Positions 49,066 to 60,483 are shown, numbered from the stretch's first letter. The stretch is DNA of 64,000 nt from an uncultured delta proteobacterium (GCA_963790475.1 CAWBOS010000010.1:1856001-1920000), one strand, 5' to 3'. A program made the numbers and translations. Notes: a model not told the origin generated them from the sequence alone.

Positions 49066-52000
49066 ATGAAAGTCCTGCTTAAAGTTTTTTTGGGTCTGGC
49101 TTTTTATGTCCTTTTGGCCACCGCCGCAGAAACAGCGCAGGTGGAGCAGTTCTCCCCTCAGGGTACAATAAAGGATATCCGCCAGGTGACGGCCGGATTT
49201 TCCGAAGCGATGGTCCCCTTCGGTGATCCCAGGCTCCAGGACCCTTTTACCATCGACTGTCCTGAAAAAGGAAAGGGCCGCTGGGTAGACGGAAAAACCT
49301 GGGCCTATGATTTTGAGCGGGACATGCCGGCCGGGGTGATGTGCACCTTTCAAGTAAAACCGGATTTAAAAACCCTGGCCGGTGTACCAATCAGCGGTCG
49401 AAAGCTATTTTCCTTTAATACCGGCGGCCCTTCCGTGCGGGGATCCAGGCCCGAGGAAGGAAACAACTGGATCGATGAAAATCAGGTTTTTATCATTTCC
49501 CTGGATGCCGAGGCCGACGAAGCTTCGATCATACAGCAGGTTTACTGCTCAGTGGAAGGGATTCAGGAGCGGGTCGGAATCAGACTGATCCAAGGGGAAG
49601 AGAGAGAGCGGTTATTTAAGGAACTGAAAGTTAAAAAAGGGAAAATCCCCCAGGTCGTATTTCAATGCAAGCAAACCTTCCCTTCCGGTTCTGAGGTCAA
49701 GATCGTCTGGGGAAGGGGGGTGAAGACCCTGAGCGCCATTGCCACCAGAGAAGATCAACTCCTGGTTTTTAAGACGCGCAAACCCTTCTATGCCAGGTTC
49801 AGAGGGAAAAAAGAGAAGCCGACCGGCGGCTGCATCCCTCTTCTGCCCATGAAACTGGTTTTCTCGGCTCCGGTTCCCTGGGAAACGGCCCGTCAAATCC
49901 TGCTTAAAAGTCAACCGGGTAGGATATGGAAACCCAAACCGGGCGGAGACGGGGAAAAACAATGGGTGGACCAGATCATCTTTGAAGGCCCATTTCCGGA
50001 AAACACCTCCTTCACCGTGCACCTTCCTAAAAATCTAAAGGATGACGCCGGCCGACCTTTGAGCAATCAGGACAAATTCCCCCTGAAAATCAAGACCGAC
50101 CGCTACCCTTCTTTGGCTAAATTTTCCGCCCGGTTCGGCATCCTGGAATGGAACGAGGGAGGAATATTGCCTTTGACGGTCAGAAACCTCGAGGCCGAGA
50201 TCAAGGCCTGGATGACTGTTTCAGAGGATAAACAAGACGGCCCCGTGAAAAAGACCCCTGATCCGGCTTTGAAGGCCGGGGAATCCATTCAGACTGTCAC
50301 CCCCCAAACGGGCAAAAGTCTGCCTGACCAATTAACTCAGAGCCTGAAAGGCAGCATCCATCACCTCGGAACGGATAAAGAAGAAAAAATTATTGAATGG
50401 CTTAAAATCCTGAAATCGGCCAAGAGGGAAAAATCCATCCTGAGAGACAAGGGAGGCCTTCAAAAAATTTCCATCCCTAAGCAGGGAGGACCTAACGAAT
50501 TTGAAGTGATCGGGATTCCTCTTAAAGAACCTGGATTTCATGTGCTGGAATTGCAGAGCGAGATTCTAGGGGCGCGCCTTCTGGGCAAATCCATCCCCAT
50601 GTATGTGCCGGCTGCCGCCCTGGTTACCAACCTGGCCGCTCATTTCAAGTGGGGCCGGGCCTCTTCCCTGGTCTGGGTAACCTCCCTAGACAAGGGAGAA
50701 CCGGTCAAAGAGGCCGAGGTCACGGTCCGCGACTGTACCGGAAAAAAGCACTGGCAAGGGAAAACCGACGAAACCGGGGTGGCAAAAATAAATGTCGCCC
50801 TACCTACCGGGAAAAATCTTCCTCGCTGTCCGGATAAAGGGGAAGACGAGGAATATTTGCCGGCCCTTTCCGGTATCCAGGGCGGGCTTTTTATTTTTGC
50901 CAAAACTCAAAAGGATATGACCTTTACCCATACCAGTTGGAACGAAGGCATAGAGTCGTGGCGTTTCAATATCCCTTCCGGTGACCTTTCAGGGAAAGAA
51001 GGATTACTGGCACACACGGTGTTCGACCGAACCCTGTTCAAGGCCGGGGAAAAAGTTCACATGAAACATTTCCTTCGAAAGCCCTCCATGAAGGGTTTGT
51101 CCCTTACCTCGGAGACCCAAGAAATAAATGAAGTCGTTATTGAACATGCCGGGAGCAATCAGCAATACGTTTTTCCTTTAAAATGGCGGACCAACGGGTC
51201 CGCGGAAACGGTCTTCAAGATACCGGACAATGCCAAATTAGGGACCTATGAGGTTTCGCTGGCCTCCAAATCGAATCAACCCAAATTGCAATTTGATCAA
51301 AAGCTGGAAAGCGGCTCCTTCCGGGTGGAAGAATTCCGAATCCCTCTGATGAAGGCCTCTGTTCAAGGGCCTAAAGACCCGGTCATCAAGGCCAAGGAAA
51401 TAGAGCTGGACCTGTCGGTCTCTTACCTTTCCGGCGGCGGCGCCGCCGTTTTGCTGGTGAAGGTCCGCACCGAAATCCAACCTAAGTTTATTTCTTTTCC
51501 GGATTTTGAAGATTTTGTTTTTTCCAATGGAAGAGTAAAACCGGGAATAATCCGGCCCACGGCGTATGACGAAGAGTACGAAGAGGACTTTGACGAAGGG
51601 GATGAACCAGGCGATCGATCCCTGACCAAAAAAGAAAAACTCCACACCCTTGATTTGACACTCGACCAACAGGGGGTAATACGGACCAGGCTCTCCGGAC
51701 TTCCGGAAATCGACAGTCCTAAGGACCTGCTCACGGAACTTGAATACAAAGACCCCAATGGGGAAATTCAAACCGTGGCTTCCCGTATCCCGCTTTATCC
51801 GGCCCAGGCACTGATCGGAATCCATTCCGGTACCAATGAAGCCACCCAGGATTCTCTCAAATATACCCTGGTGGTTTTGGATCTCAAAGGCCAACCGCTA
51901 CCCCAGGTGGAAGTCCTGGTGAACCTCTTGGAAAGAAAGACCTATTCATACCGGAAGCGCATTGCCGGGGGGTTTTATGCCTATGAGAATATCGCTGAGA

Positions 52001-54906
52001 TAAAAGCAGGAGAAAGGCACTGTCAGGGAAGAACCGATCAAAACGGCCTTTTGTTCTGCCAGGGGAAATCACCGGTCAGCGGCCGGGTGATTTTGCAGGC
52101 CGAGGCAGTTGATAACCAAAACAACCTTATTTTCGCCAACCAGGAGATCTGGATTTCGGGAAAAGAAGACCATTGGGATGAAGCCCGTAACGACGATCGT
52201 ATTGATTTAATCCCTGAAAAAAAACACCTGGAACCAGGCGATCTGGCCCGGTTTCAGGTCAAGATGCCTTTCCGGCGGGCCTTAGTCCTCATTACGGTTG
52301 AGCGGGAAGGGGTCCTGGATGCCTATGTAAAAAAAATTAACCGAGAGCATCCGCTGGTGGAAATCCCGGTCAAAAGAAATTATGCGCCCAATGTGTTTGT
52401 CTCGGCCCTGGTGGTCCGGGGCCGGGTGCCGAATACCCGGCCTACAGCCTTATTCGATCCGGGAAAACCGGCCTATAAACTCGGCCTGACGGAAATAAAA
52501 GTCGGTTGGAAACCCCATGAATTAAAGGTTGAAGTTCAGCCGGACAAAAAAATTTATACCCCCCGTGAAACCGTTAAAGCCGGTATCCTGGTCAAAACCG
52601 CTTACGGAAAAATTCCGCCTAAAGGGAGTGAAGTGGCCATAGCTGTGGTCGATGAAGGACTTCTGGAACTGAAGCCCAATGAAAGCTGGAAACTGCTCGA
52701 GGCCATGATGCGGCGGAGGGGATGCGATGTGGACACCTCTACGGCCCAGATGATGGTAGTCGGAAAAAGACATTTCGGACGAAAGGCCCTTCCTCATGGC
52801 GGCGGAGGGGGCCGGCAGCTCACCAGGGAATTATTCGACACCCTGGTTTACTGGAAGGGCAGCGCGGCCTTGGATGAACATGGACAGGCTTCCGTTCAGT
52901 TCCCCCTTAACGATTCCCTGACCTCCTTCAGAATCGTGGCCATAGCCAATGCCGGTGAAGGGTTATTCGGTTCGGGAGGGACCAGCATCAGGACCCATCA
53001 GGATTTAATGATCCTCTCCGGAATTCCCCCTTTAGTCCGGGAAGGGGACCGCTTTAAAGCGGGATTCACAGCCAGAAACGCCTCTCAAAAGGATATGCAG
53101 GTTGAGGCCCGTTTGACGGTCAATACCGTTAATGGGAAAAAAGAGCTGGAGCCCGTAAAGGAAACGATTCCGGCCGGGGAAGCCCGGGAAATAGGTTGGG
53201 AGATTACAGTGCCTTCGGGCCTGGAGAAACTGGACTACGAAGCCGTTATTCAACAGACCGATGGACCGGCTAATGATCGTATAAAAGTCTCTCAAAAAGT
53301 AGCCAGGGCCGTTAAAATCCGGCCCTTCCAGGCCATCCTCACCCGCCTAAAGGATCCCTTTTCCCTGCCGGTCGAGATCCCCGATGGGGCCGTCCCCGGG
53401 CAAGGCGGGATTAATCTTCTTTTCAGGCCCAAACTCTCCCAGGGACTGAACGGGGTCACAGACTATATGAAAGAATACCCTTATAGCTGTCTGGAACAAA
53501 AAATTTCCAGGGCCGTTGTGCTCCAGGAAAAAGAGAACTGGCGGTCCCTGATGTCCTTCTTACCCTCCTATCTGGACGACGACGGGCTGGCAAAATTCTT
53601 TCCCGTTATGCGGCAGGGGGCCGACGGGCTGACCGCTTATCTGCTTTCCGTAAGTCAGGAAGCCGGCCTGGAAATACCCGAGCCCTTAAAGGATAAAATG
53701 ATTAAAGGCCTTAAAGGTTTTATCGAAGGCCGGGTAATCCGCTATTCCGCCCTGCCAACGGCCGACCTCTCCATACGAAAGGTGGCCGCCTTAGAAGCCC
53801 TTTCCCGTTTTGGGGCGGCCGACAAAAGTCTTCTGGGTCCTATTGCCATTGAACCCAATCTCTGGCCCACCTCAGCCGTATTGGATTGGATCAATATCCT
53901 GTCCCGGGTTAAAGATATTCCCGACCGGACCAAAAGATTGTCGGAAACGGAGCACATCCTGCGTTCAAGAATGAATCTTCAGGGAACGGTCTTGAACTTT
54001 TCCACCGAAAGGACAGATAATCTCTGGTGGCTTATGACCACAGCGGATAGCAATGCCGCCAGGGCATTACTCACTACCCTCCGGTTGGATGGTTGGAAAG
54101 AGGATCATCCTAAAATGGCCAATGGTCTGCTGGGAAGAATGAAAAGAGGACATTGGGATACCACTATGGCTAACGTTTGGGGTCTTTTGGCTGTAAAAAA
54201 ATTTGAAACGCTTTATGAATCGGTCGCCGTTACCGGCCGCACCGATGCCTCCCTGGATAAGAAGTCGGAATCCGTAGACTGGGCCAAAAACCCATCCGGG
54301 AGAGAAGTAAACCTGGCCTGGCCCAAGGAAAAAGAAACCCTTCAGATTACCCACCAAGGCAATGGAAGCCCCTGGGCTACGATTCGCAGTCTGGCGGCCA
54401 TACCTTTGAAACAGCCTGTTTCCAGCGGTTATGCGATTAAAAAAACGTGGATACCCGTGGAACAAAAAATGACCAACGCCTGGAGCAAAGGGGATGTGGT
54501 CCGGATCCATCTCGATTTGGAATCTCAGTCCGACATGACCTGGGTGGTGGTCAACGACCCTATACCGGCAGGCTCCATGATATTGGGAAGCGGGTTGGGA
54601 AGGGACGCGGGTACCCAGAGCAGAGGGGAATTGGAGCAGGGGCGGGCCTGGGAAACCTTTCGGGAGCGTTCCTTCGAAGCCCTGAGGGTTTACTATGAAT
54701 TTGTTCCTAAAGGGAAATGGACCGTTGAATACACGGTGCGGCTTAATAACGGGGGGGCTTTTAATTTGCCCGAGACCAGGGTTGAGGCCCTTTATGCACC
54801 GGAGATGTTCGGAGAATTGCCGAACCCCAAGATGGAGATCGGCCATAACCCCAGTCAGGGTTCAAGGGGCAAAGGTCGGGGTTCAAGGTTCAACGTCCAA
54901 AGATAA
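49066..54906 (+). CDS. Bacterial alpha-2-macroglobulin
   Basis: Signal peptide, about 1945 aa, MG domains, PYSCLEQ thioester motif; upstream of pbpC. Confidence 0.93.
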   Translation: MKVLLKVFLGLAFYVLLATAAETAQVEQFSPQGTIKDIRQVTAGFSEAMVPFGDPRLQDPFTIDCPEKGKGRWVDGKTWAYDFERDMPAGVMCTFQVKPDLKTLAGVPISGRKLFSFNTGGPSVRGSRPEEGNNWIDENQVFIISLDAEADEASIIQQVYCSVEGIQERVGIRLIQGEERERLFKELKVKKGKIPQVVFQCKQTFPSGSEVKIVWGRGVKTLSAIATREDQLLVFKTRKPFYARFRGKKEKPTGGCIPLLPMKLVFSAPVPWETARQILLKSQPGRIWKPKPGGDGEKQWVDQIIFEGPFPENTSFTVHLPKNLKDDAGRPLSNQDKFPLKIKTDRYPSLAKFSARFGILEWNEGGILPLTVRNLEAEIKAWMTVSEDKQDGPVKKTPDPALKAGESIQTVTPQTGKSLPDQLTQSLKGSIHHLGTDKEEKIIEWLKILKSAKREKSILRDKGGLQKISIPKQGGPNEFEVIGIPLKEPGFHVLELQSEILGARLLGKSIPMYVPAAALVTNLAAHFKWGRASSLVWVTSLDKGEPVKEAEVTVRDCTGKKHWQGKTDETGVAKINVALPTGKNLPRCPDKGEDEEYLPALSGIQGGLFIFAKTQKDMTFTHTSWNEGIESWRFNIPSGDLSGKEGLLAHTVFDRTLFKAGEKVHMKHFLRKPSMKGLSLTSETQEINEVVIEHAGSNQQYVFPLKWRTNGSAETVFKIPDNAKLGTYEVSLASKSNQPKLQFDQKLESGSFRVEEFRIPLMKASVQGPKDPVIKAKEIELDLSVSYLSGGGAAVLLVKVRTEIQPKFISFPDFEDFVFSNGRVKPGIIRPTAYDEEYEEDFDEGDEPGDRSLTKKEKLHTLDLTLDQQGVIRTRLSGLPEIDSPKDLLTELEYKDPNGEIQTVASRIPLYPAQALIGIHSGTNEATQDSLKYTLVVLDLKGQPLPQVEVLVNLLERKTYSYRKRIAGGFYAYENIAEIKAGERHCQGRTDQNGLLFCQGKSPVSGRVILQAEAVDNQNNLIFANQEIWISGKEDHWDEARNDDRIDLIPEKKHLEPGDLARFQVKMPFRRALVLITVEREGVLDAYVKKINREHPLVEIPVKRNYAPNVFVSALVVRGRVPNTRPTALFDPGKPAYKLGLTEIKVGWKPHELKVEVQPDKKIYTPRETVKAGILVKTAYGKIPPKGSEVAIAVVDEGLLELKPNESWKLLEAMMRRRGCDVDTSTAQMMVVGKRHFGRKALPHGGGGGRQLTRELFDTLVYWKGSAALDEHGQASVQFPLNDSLTSFRIVAIANAGEGLFGSGGTSIRTHQDLMILSGIPPLVREGDRFKAGFTARNASQKDMQVEARLTVNTVNGKKELEPVKETIPAGEAREIGWEITVPSGLEKLDYEAVIQQTDGPANDRIKVSQKVARAVKIRPFQAILTRLKDPFSLPVEIPDGAVPGQGGINLLFRPKLSQGLNGVTDYMKEYPYSCLEQKISRAVVLQEKENWRSLMSFLPSYLDDDGLAKFFPVMRQGADGLTAYLLSVSQEAGLEIPEPLKDKMIKGLKGFIEGRVIRYSALPTADLSIRKVAALEALSRFGAADKSLLGPIAIEPNLWPTSAVLDWINILSRVKDIPDRTKRLSETEHILRSRMNLQGTVLNFSTERTDNLWWLMTTADSNAARALLTTLRLDGWKEDHPKMANGLLGRMKRGHWDTTMANVWGLLAVKKFETLYESVAVTGRTDASLDKKSESVDWAKNPSGREVNLAWPKEKETLQITHQGNGSPWATIRSLAAIPLKQPVSSGYAIKKTWIPVEQKMTNAWSKGDVVRIHLDLESQSDMTWVVVNDPIPAGSMILGSGLGRDAGTQSRGELEQGRAWETFRERSFEALRVYYEFVPKGKWTVEYTVRLNNGGAFNLPETRVEALYAPEMFGELPNPKMEIGHNPSQGSRGKGRGSRFNVQR

Positions 54907-54917
54907 AGGATAAAGGT
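54857..54917 (+). repeat. 7-mer repeat tract (GGTTCAA-like) overlapping the A2M 3' end
   Basis: GGGTTCAA GGGGCAA AGGTCGG GGTTCAA GGTTCAA CGTCCAA AGATAAA GGATAAA. Confidence 0.55.
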
Positions 54918-54985
54918 TTCATGAAAACTTTATCCTCTGAAAAGGATATCCATGAGATCCTCGGTCTCTTGAGGTCTTTATATTT

Positions 54986-57124
54986 ATGAAAAAAGTTAGA
55001 ATCATAAAATGGGCCGGATTGGTTTTGGCCCTGGCCCTTGTCCTGCCGATGATTTTGGTCCTGACTGCCGGGGATTTTAAAAAACCACCTTCCTTTGAAA
55101 AGGCAAAGGCCTCCTATAAAGAATCGGAGGCCTTGCTGTTGGACCGTCACGGCCGGGTCATCCACCAGATGAGAATCGATGCCCAGGGCCGGAGATTGGA
55201 GTGGGTCGATCTCCAGTCCATTTCTCCGGCCCTTATCCGGGCCGTCCTTTATGTAGAGGACCGTCGATTCTATCGCCATTCAGGAGTCGATTGGCCCGGG
55301 ATATTTTTCTCTGTTTTAAAAAAACCCCTCTCTTCACGAACACGGGGGGCCAGTACGATTACCATGCAGCTTGTGCCCCTGCTCGACAAAAAACAAAAGG
55401 CACCAGGGACGAAACGCACCTTGATACAAAAATGGAACCAGATGCGCGCTGCCCAAGCCCTGGAAAAAGCCTGGTCCAAAACCCAAATCCTGGAGGCCTA
55501 CCTGAATTTGGTTTCCTATAGAAGCGAACTTCAGGGAATCGCCGCGGCCTCAAGAGGCCTTTTCCTTAAGGAGCCCAGCGGCCTTACCGATGCCGAGTCA
55601 ATAATCCTGGCCTCTTTGATCGCCTCTCCCAATGCACCGGCCGAACGCATCGTTAACCGGGCCTGTTACTTTGGCCGTTCCCTGTCTACCCAGACTGACT
55701 GCCAGGCGATTAAAGCCTTGGGAAATATTAGACTTCAATCCCCCTACCCGATTAAACCGGCTATATCCATTGCCCCTCAGGTGGCCCAAATGCTTTTGAA
55801 AGAGGATGAGGCCCGAGTGGTTTCAACCCTTGATGGAAAGCTGCAATCTTTTGCCCTGGAAACCCTCAACCACTATCTGGCGGATCTTAAAGAGGGACAT
55901 GTATCCGACGGGTCGATCCTGGTCGTAGACAACCGGTCCGGAGATATCCTGGCCTATGTCGGAAACAGCGGCCAGACCTCCACCGCCCTCTGGGTCGATG
56001 GAATAATTGCCAAAAGGCAGGCCGGCTCAACGCTAAAACCTTTTCTATATGAACTGGCCATGGAGAAAGGCTTCCTGACACCTGCCTCCCTCCTTGAAGA
56101 TTCCCCGCTCCAGGTCACCACTTCAACCGGTCTTTATGTCCCCCAAAATTACGATGATGGATTCAGAGGTCTGGTGAGTGCCAGAATCGCTCTGTCGGCC
56201 TCGTTGAATATTCCTGCGGTGCGAACCTTGCTTCTGGTGGGTCTGAATCCTTTTTGGGACCGGCTCAGGCACTTGGGCCTGTTAAGTCTTTCAGAAGAAG
56301 CGGAATATTACGGATATTCCCTGGCCCTGGGCTCGGCGGACATCACTCTTTTGGAATTGACCAATGCTTACCGGACCCTGGCCAATGGCGGGAAGTTCAG
56401 CCCCTTGAGGATTCGCCTTGGTCAAAAGGTCGGAAGGCCCAAACCGGCAATGGATAAAAGAGCGGCCTTTCTTATCTCCGATATCCTTTCCGATAGAGGG
56501 GCCCGAAGCACCACCTTCGGACTTGAAAATCCTTTAGCCACCCGGTTCTGGACAGCCGCCAAAACCGGGACCAGCAAGGACATGAGAGACAACTGGTGCC
56601 TCGGCTATTCCGAAAAATACACCGTCGGGGTCTGGTTGGGAAATTTTTCCGGAGAACCGATGAGGAATGTCAGCGGTGTTTCCGGGGCGGCGCCGATCTG
56701 GCTGGCCCTGATGAATTACCTTCATGCCAACCAACCTTCCAATTCCCCAAACCCGCCGGTCGGTGTGACCCTTACCCGGGTGACCTTTCATCAAGAAGTG
56801 GAACCCCCCCGGGAAGAATATTTTATAGGAGGCACAGAACCTGTTTTTCAGGTCAGGGCCGGTTCCCCTTTTCAGAAACCGCAAATCATCTCTCCGGTGG
56901 ATGAAATGCTGATCCACATCGACCCGGAGATCCCGGAAGATCTGCAACGCGTCCTTTTTCAATTTCGTCCGCAGGCACCCCGGGTTCAATGGATGATCAA
57001 CGGCCGAAAAACCGGCATCTTTGATCCTTTCTTCTTATGGAAACCTGAACGGGGCAATTATGTGCTGTCCATTATCGACCCGGAAAACCGGGTGGTGGAT
57101 TCGGTTCAATTCATGGTCAAATAA
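54986..57124 (+). CDS. pbpC: Penicillin-binding protein 1C
   Basis: EDRRFYRHSGVD, GASTITMQ, GSTLKPF, SLN, KTGT. Confidence 0.93.
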   Translation: MKKVRIIKWAGLVLALALVLPMILVLTAGDFKKPPSFEKAKASYKESEALLLDRHGRVIHQMRIDAQGRRLEWVDLQSISPALIRAVLYVEDRRFYRHSGVDWPGIFFSVLKKPLSSRTRGASTITMQLVPLLDKKQKAPGTKRTLIQKWNQMRAAQALEKAWSKTQILEAYLNLVSYRSELQGIAAASRGLFLKEPSGLTDAESIILASLIASPNAPAERIVNRACYFGRSLSTQTDCQAIKALGNIRLQSPYPIKPAISIAPQVAQMLLKEDEARVVSTLDGKLQSFALETLNHYLADLKEGHVSDGSILVVDNRSGDILAYVGNSGQTSTALWVDGIIAKRQAGSTLKPFLYELAMEKGFLTPASLLEDSPLQVTTSTGLYVPQNYDDGFRGLVSARIALSASLNIPAVRTLLLVGLNPFWDRLRHLGLLSLSEEAEYYGYSLALGSADITLLELTNAYRTLANGGKFSPLRIRLGQKVGRPKPAMDKRAAFLISDILSDRGARSTTFGLENPLATRFWTAAKTGTSKDMRDNWCLGYSEKYTVGVWLGNFSGEPMRNVSGVSGAAPIWLALMNYLHANQPSNSPNPPVGVTLTRVTFHQEVEPPREEYFIGGTEPVFQVRAGSPFQKPQIISPVDEMLIHIDPEIPEDLQRVLFQFRPQAPRVQWMINGRKTGIFDPFFLWKPERGNYVLSIIDPENRVVDSVQFMVK

Positions 57125-57280
57125 TTTTTCCTTTGGCGAATATCCCGTCTTTGGTTGTGTCCTTTTCAAACCAGGACACTATCCTTATCCTTTTTCGTTT
57201 GACAAATTGGAGTTCATGTGTTATTTTTAAAAGATTTAAGATCTTGAAGAGAAGTCTATTGAAATGAAAAGGAGTATTTT

Positions 57281-57970
57281 ATGAAATCAGTATTGATCGG
57301 GATATTGTGCCTTCTGCTCTTGGCCGCACCGGTTTTGGCCGCCGAGAACACGCAACTGAAAAGCCAGAAGGACAAGATAAGTTACACCATAGGGACAAAC
57401 ATAGGGCGGAATATTAAACAACTGCCGATGGAATTAGACCTGGATATTTTTTACAAAGGTTTTAAGGATGCCGTTTCAGGAGGCAAACTTCAGTTGAGCG
57501 AAGCAGAGATGCACACGGTCATGACCGCCTTTCAAAAGGAAATGAACGCCAAGCAAGCGGAAATGATGAAAGTCCAGGGCGAAAAAAACAAGAAAGAAGG
57601 GGAAGCCTTTCTGGCCGAGAACAAAAAAAAGGAAGGCGTTAAGACCCTGGCCAGTGGATTACAATATAAGGTTATTAAGGAGGGAACCGGAAAAACCCCC
57701 AAGGCCACTGATAAGGTGAGCACCCATTACCAAGGTACGCTCATCAACGGTACCGAATTCGACAGCTCCTACAAGAGGGGGGAGCCGGCCACTTTTCCCG
57801 TCAATGGCGTAATCCCCGGCTGGACCGAAGCGCTGCAATTGATGAAGGTCGGGTCCAAATGGCAGCTGTTTGTCCCTTCCAAGCTGGCCTATGGTGAAAA
57901 AGGCGCGGGTCCATTAATTGCCCCGAACGCCGTGCTTATTTTTACCGTGGAACTGTTGGCGATTAAATAA
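57281..57970 (+). CDS. FKBP-type peptidyl-prolyl isomerase (FkpA/Mip-like)
   Basis: Signal peptide; SGLQY, FDSSYKRG, VIPGWTEAL, LAYG. Confidence 0.93.
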   Translation: MKSVLIGILCLLLLAAPVLAAENTQLKSQKDKISYTIGTNIGRNIKQLPMELDLDIFYKGFKDAVSGGKLQLSEAEMHTVMTAFQKEMNAKQAEMMKVQGEKNKKEGEAFLAENKKKEGVKTLASGLQYKVIKEGTGKTPKATDKVSTHYQGTLINGTEFDSSYKRGEPATFPVNGVIPGWTEALQLMKVGSKWQLFVPSKLAYGEKGAGPLIAPNAVLIFTVELLAIK

Positions 57971-58030
57971 AGAACCTTCCATCAGCCTGAAGGTTTTTGT
58001 TAAAAAAGAACAAACAATATTTGAAATTGG

Positions 58031-58130
58031 GAATCCAGGAACCAGGAGCCAGAATTCAGGAGAAGAACAACCAACTTAAAATCTCTTATTTTCTTCTGGA
58101 TTCTGGCTCCTGAATTCTGGATTCTGGATT
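58031..58130. repeat. Inverted 7-mer repeats (CAGAAT(C/T) / ATTCTGG)
   Basis: GAATCCAGGAACCAGGAGCCAGAATTCAGGAG ... TTCTGGATTCTGGCTCCTGAATTCTGGATTCTGG. Confidence 0.8.
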
Positions 58131-58159
58131 TTATTTTTTCTCTTCCCTCGCCTAATTTG

Positions 58160-58517
58160 TCAATAAATCCCCGCCTCGCAGCCGGCGGCTATGGTCCGGC
58201 CCAGTTCTTCGCATCGGGCCAGGATTTCTTCGCTGACCGGACCCTTAGCTACGATTGGCTGATGGATTTTCTTGAATTGATAGCCAAGGCAGATCTTCTC
58301 GATATTCATCAAGGCCCCCTGCCCGTCGTTTCCGGCGCTGATGAAAATCGCATAAGACCAACCCCTGGCAATTCAGAAGATCTTCGTCCCCGGTTTCCGA
58401 TGCCCTTCTAAGAATGGCTTTCACCCCTTCAATCTCCCTTGCCCCTCTGGCCACGGCTTCGGCCATTTTTCGGGTATTACCGCTCTGAGAGTGATAGACG
58501 ATCAAGATGGTTACCAT
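58160..58517 (-). pseudogene. Flavodoxin-like protein with internal deletion/frameshift
   Basis: YHSQSGNTRKMAEAV...CQGLV, then frame switch to YAIFISAGNDGQGA...CEELGRTIAAG; the central GSPxY...FFD segment is absent. Confidence 0.7.
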
Positions 58518-58823
58518 AGAGTCTTTACCTTCAAGTTGAAGTTGTTTTATAAGGTTTAACTGACCCCAAAAGTGGAGATCACTTTTGGTAATTTTCAGGA
58601 TACCACAAACCGCTTGCATCATCATCCGCTTTCTCAATTAACCTTCAATCCCAACCATCATTAATTTCCGGCACCGGCTTCAGTCTGTTTATTGAATGGA
58701 TATATGAGTGCAAGACGGACAAGCTGTTTTTGTGTTTGACTTTAACCGTTGGATATGTTTTAATTTGTTTAATATTTAACCGGCATATGGTCCGGTACTC
58801 CTTTTTGAGTTCAGGTATTCGAG

Positions 58824-59459
58824 ATGAAAAAAATCGGGCGACTGCACATATTGACCGACACCTCCCTCCAAAACCATTTTTCCCATGTGGAGCTGGCTAA
58901 ACTGGCCATTGCCGGCAGGGCTGATGCCATCCAGTTTCGCCAGAAATCAGGGGCTGCCAAGGAGATGATCCGGGTCGCCGGGCAGCTGAAGACCTTATGT
59001 CAAAGATCCGGGGTGACCTTTATTGTCAATGACCGGTTGGATTGGGCCTTGGCTTCTCAGGCCGATGGAATTCATCTGGGTCAGGAGGACTTCCCGATCT
59101 CTTTAGCCAGAAAAATATTGGGTGAAAAGGCCATCATCGGCGGATCGGCCGGCACCCTGGAGGAGGCCCGTAAATGTCTCCGGGAAGGTGCGGACTATGT
59201 AGGGTTCGGTCCGGTCTTTCCGACGACCTCCAAAGAAGACGCCGCCCCGGCCAGCGGACTCGATCTCCTGGAGCGGGTCGTAAAAAAGATTGATCTACCA
59301 ATCATAGCCATCGGCGGCATCAATCAGGATAATACCCTCCAGGTGATGCAAACAGGGGTTTACGGGATTGCCGTCATTTCCGCGGTTTGTTGCCAAAAAG
59401 ACCCTAAAGAGGCCACTAGAATTCTGAGAGGCCTACTGGAGTCGGGCCGCCATGCCTGA
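58824..59459 (+). CDS. thiE: Thiamine-phosphate synthase
   Basis: QFRQK, IVNDR, GIHLGQED, GPVFPTTSK, AIGGI. Confidence 0.93.
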   Translation: MKKIGRLHILTDTSLQNHFSHVELAKLAIAGRADAIQFRQKSGAAKEMIRVAGQLKTLCQRSGVTFIVNDRLDWALASQADGIHLGQEDFPISLARKILGEKAIIGGSAGTLEEARKCLREGADYVGFGPVFPTTSKEDAAPASGLDLLERVVKKIDLPIIAIGGINQDNTLQVMQTGVYGIAVISAVCCQKDPKEATRILRGLLESGRHA

Positions 59460-60483
59460 GCGCATAAAGGATATCGGCGAATTCGGGCTGATTCAAAGAA
59501 TCCATGCCCTCCTGGACCGGGAAGGTTCTAAATCCGACAGGGTAACCCTGGGAATCGGCGATGATACGGCTTCCTTCCTTCCCCGCCCCGGATATGAACT
59601 TTTGGTCACCTGTGATTGCCTGGTAGAAGGACGTCACTACCTTCACGCACACATCAGCCCCTTGGACTTAGGACGTCGGGCCATGACCGTGAACATCAGT
59701 GACATCGGGGCCATGGGAGGCAACCCCCTCTATGCCCTGATCTCCTTGGGATTAAAGGCCGACTTTTTAATCCGGGAGATGGAAGAGTTATATCGCGGGT
59801 TTCTTTTGGAGCTGAACCCTTTTGGTGCCTCCATTATCGGAGGAAATCTCACCCAATCGGGGAACGGGATGTTCATCGACATCACCCTGATCGGAGAAGT
59901 GGAACAGGGGAAGGGATTACGGCGCTCCGGAGCCAGGCCGGGGGACATGATCCTGGTGACCGGATATCCGGGCCAGGCGGCTGCCGGTCTTAAGCTCCTG
60001 CTTCGATCCCCGAATGATCTTAAAATACTGGAGCATCCTTTAGTCAAGCAATACAACACCCCTTTTCACCGGGCTCATCTGGGGGCGGCGATTGCCCACG
60101 CAGGATTGGCTTCGGCCATGATCGACATCAGCGATGGGTTCCTGGGAGATTTAGGGCATATCTGTGCGGAGAGTAACGTCGGGGCCGTTTTGGTGAAAGA
60201 AAAATTTCCGGTCAGTGAAGCTCTCCGACAGGCGGCCGATACCTTTCATCAAGATCCCCACGACTTTTTCCTGGGTGACAGCGACGACTACGAATTGATT
60301 ATCACCTGCCAAATAGAGAACGTGGCCTTAATTCGTTCCCTTGCCGCCCAATGTGCTCTTCCGGTCCCCTTGACCGAAGTAGGGAGAATCACCGCTGAGG
60401 CCGGAGAGATATCTTTGATCCTCCCGGATGGTTCAAGACAACCGGTCAGCCCCTCGGGCTGGGATCATTTTCGATTGGGTTAA
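59452..60483 (+). CDS. thiL: Thiamine-monophosphate kinase
   Basis: GEFGLI, GIGDDTA, NISDIGAMGG, DISDG, DYEL. Confidence 0.93.
   Translation: MPERIKDIGEFGLIQRIHALLDREGSKSDRVTLGIGDDTASFLPRPGYELLVTCDCLVEGRHYLHAHISPLDLGRRAMTVNISDIGAMGGNPLYALISLGLKADFLIREMEELYRGFLLELNPFGASIIGGNLTQSGNGMFIDITLIGEVEQGKGLRRSGARPGDMILVTGYPGQAAAGLKLLLRSPNDLKILEHPLVKQYNTPFHRAHLGAAIAHAGLASAMIDISDGFLGDLGHICAESNVGAVLVKEKFPVSEALRQAADTFHQDPHDFFLGDSDDYELIITCQIENVALIRSLAAQCALPVPLTEVGRITAEAGEISLILPDGSRQPVSPSGWDHFRLG

Noticed and set aside
58520-58823. TPP riboswitch upstream of thiE (or thiM)
   Set aside because: No CTGAGA...ACCTGA/TAATGC consensus in the correct orientation
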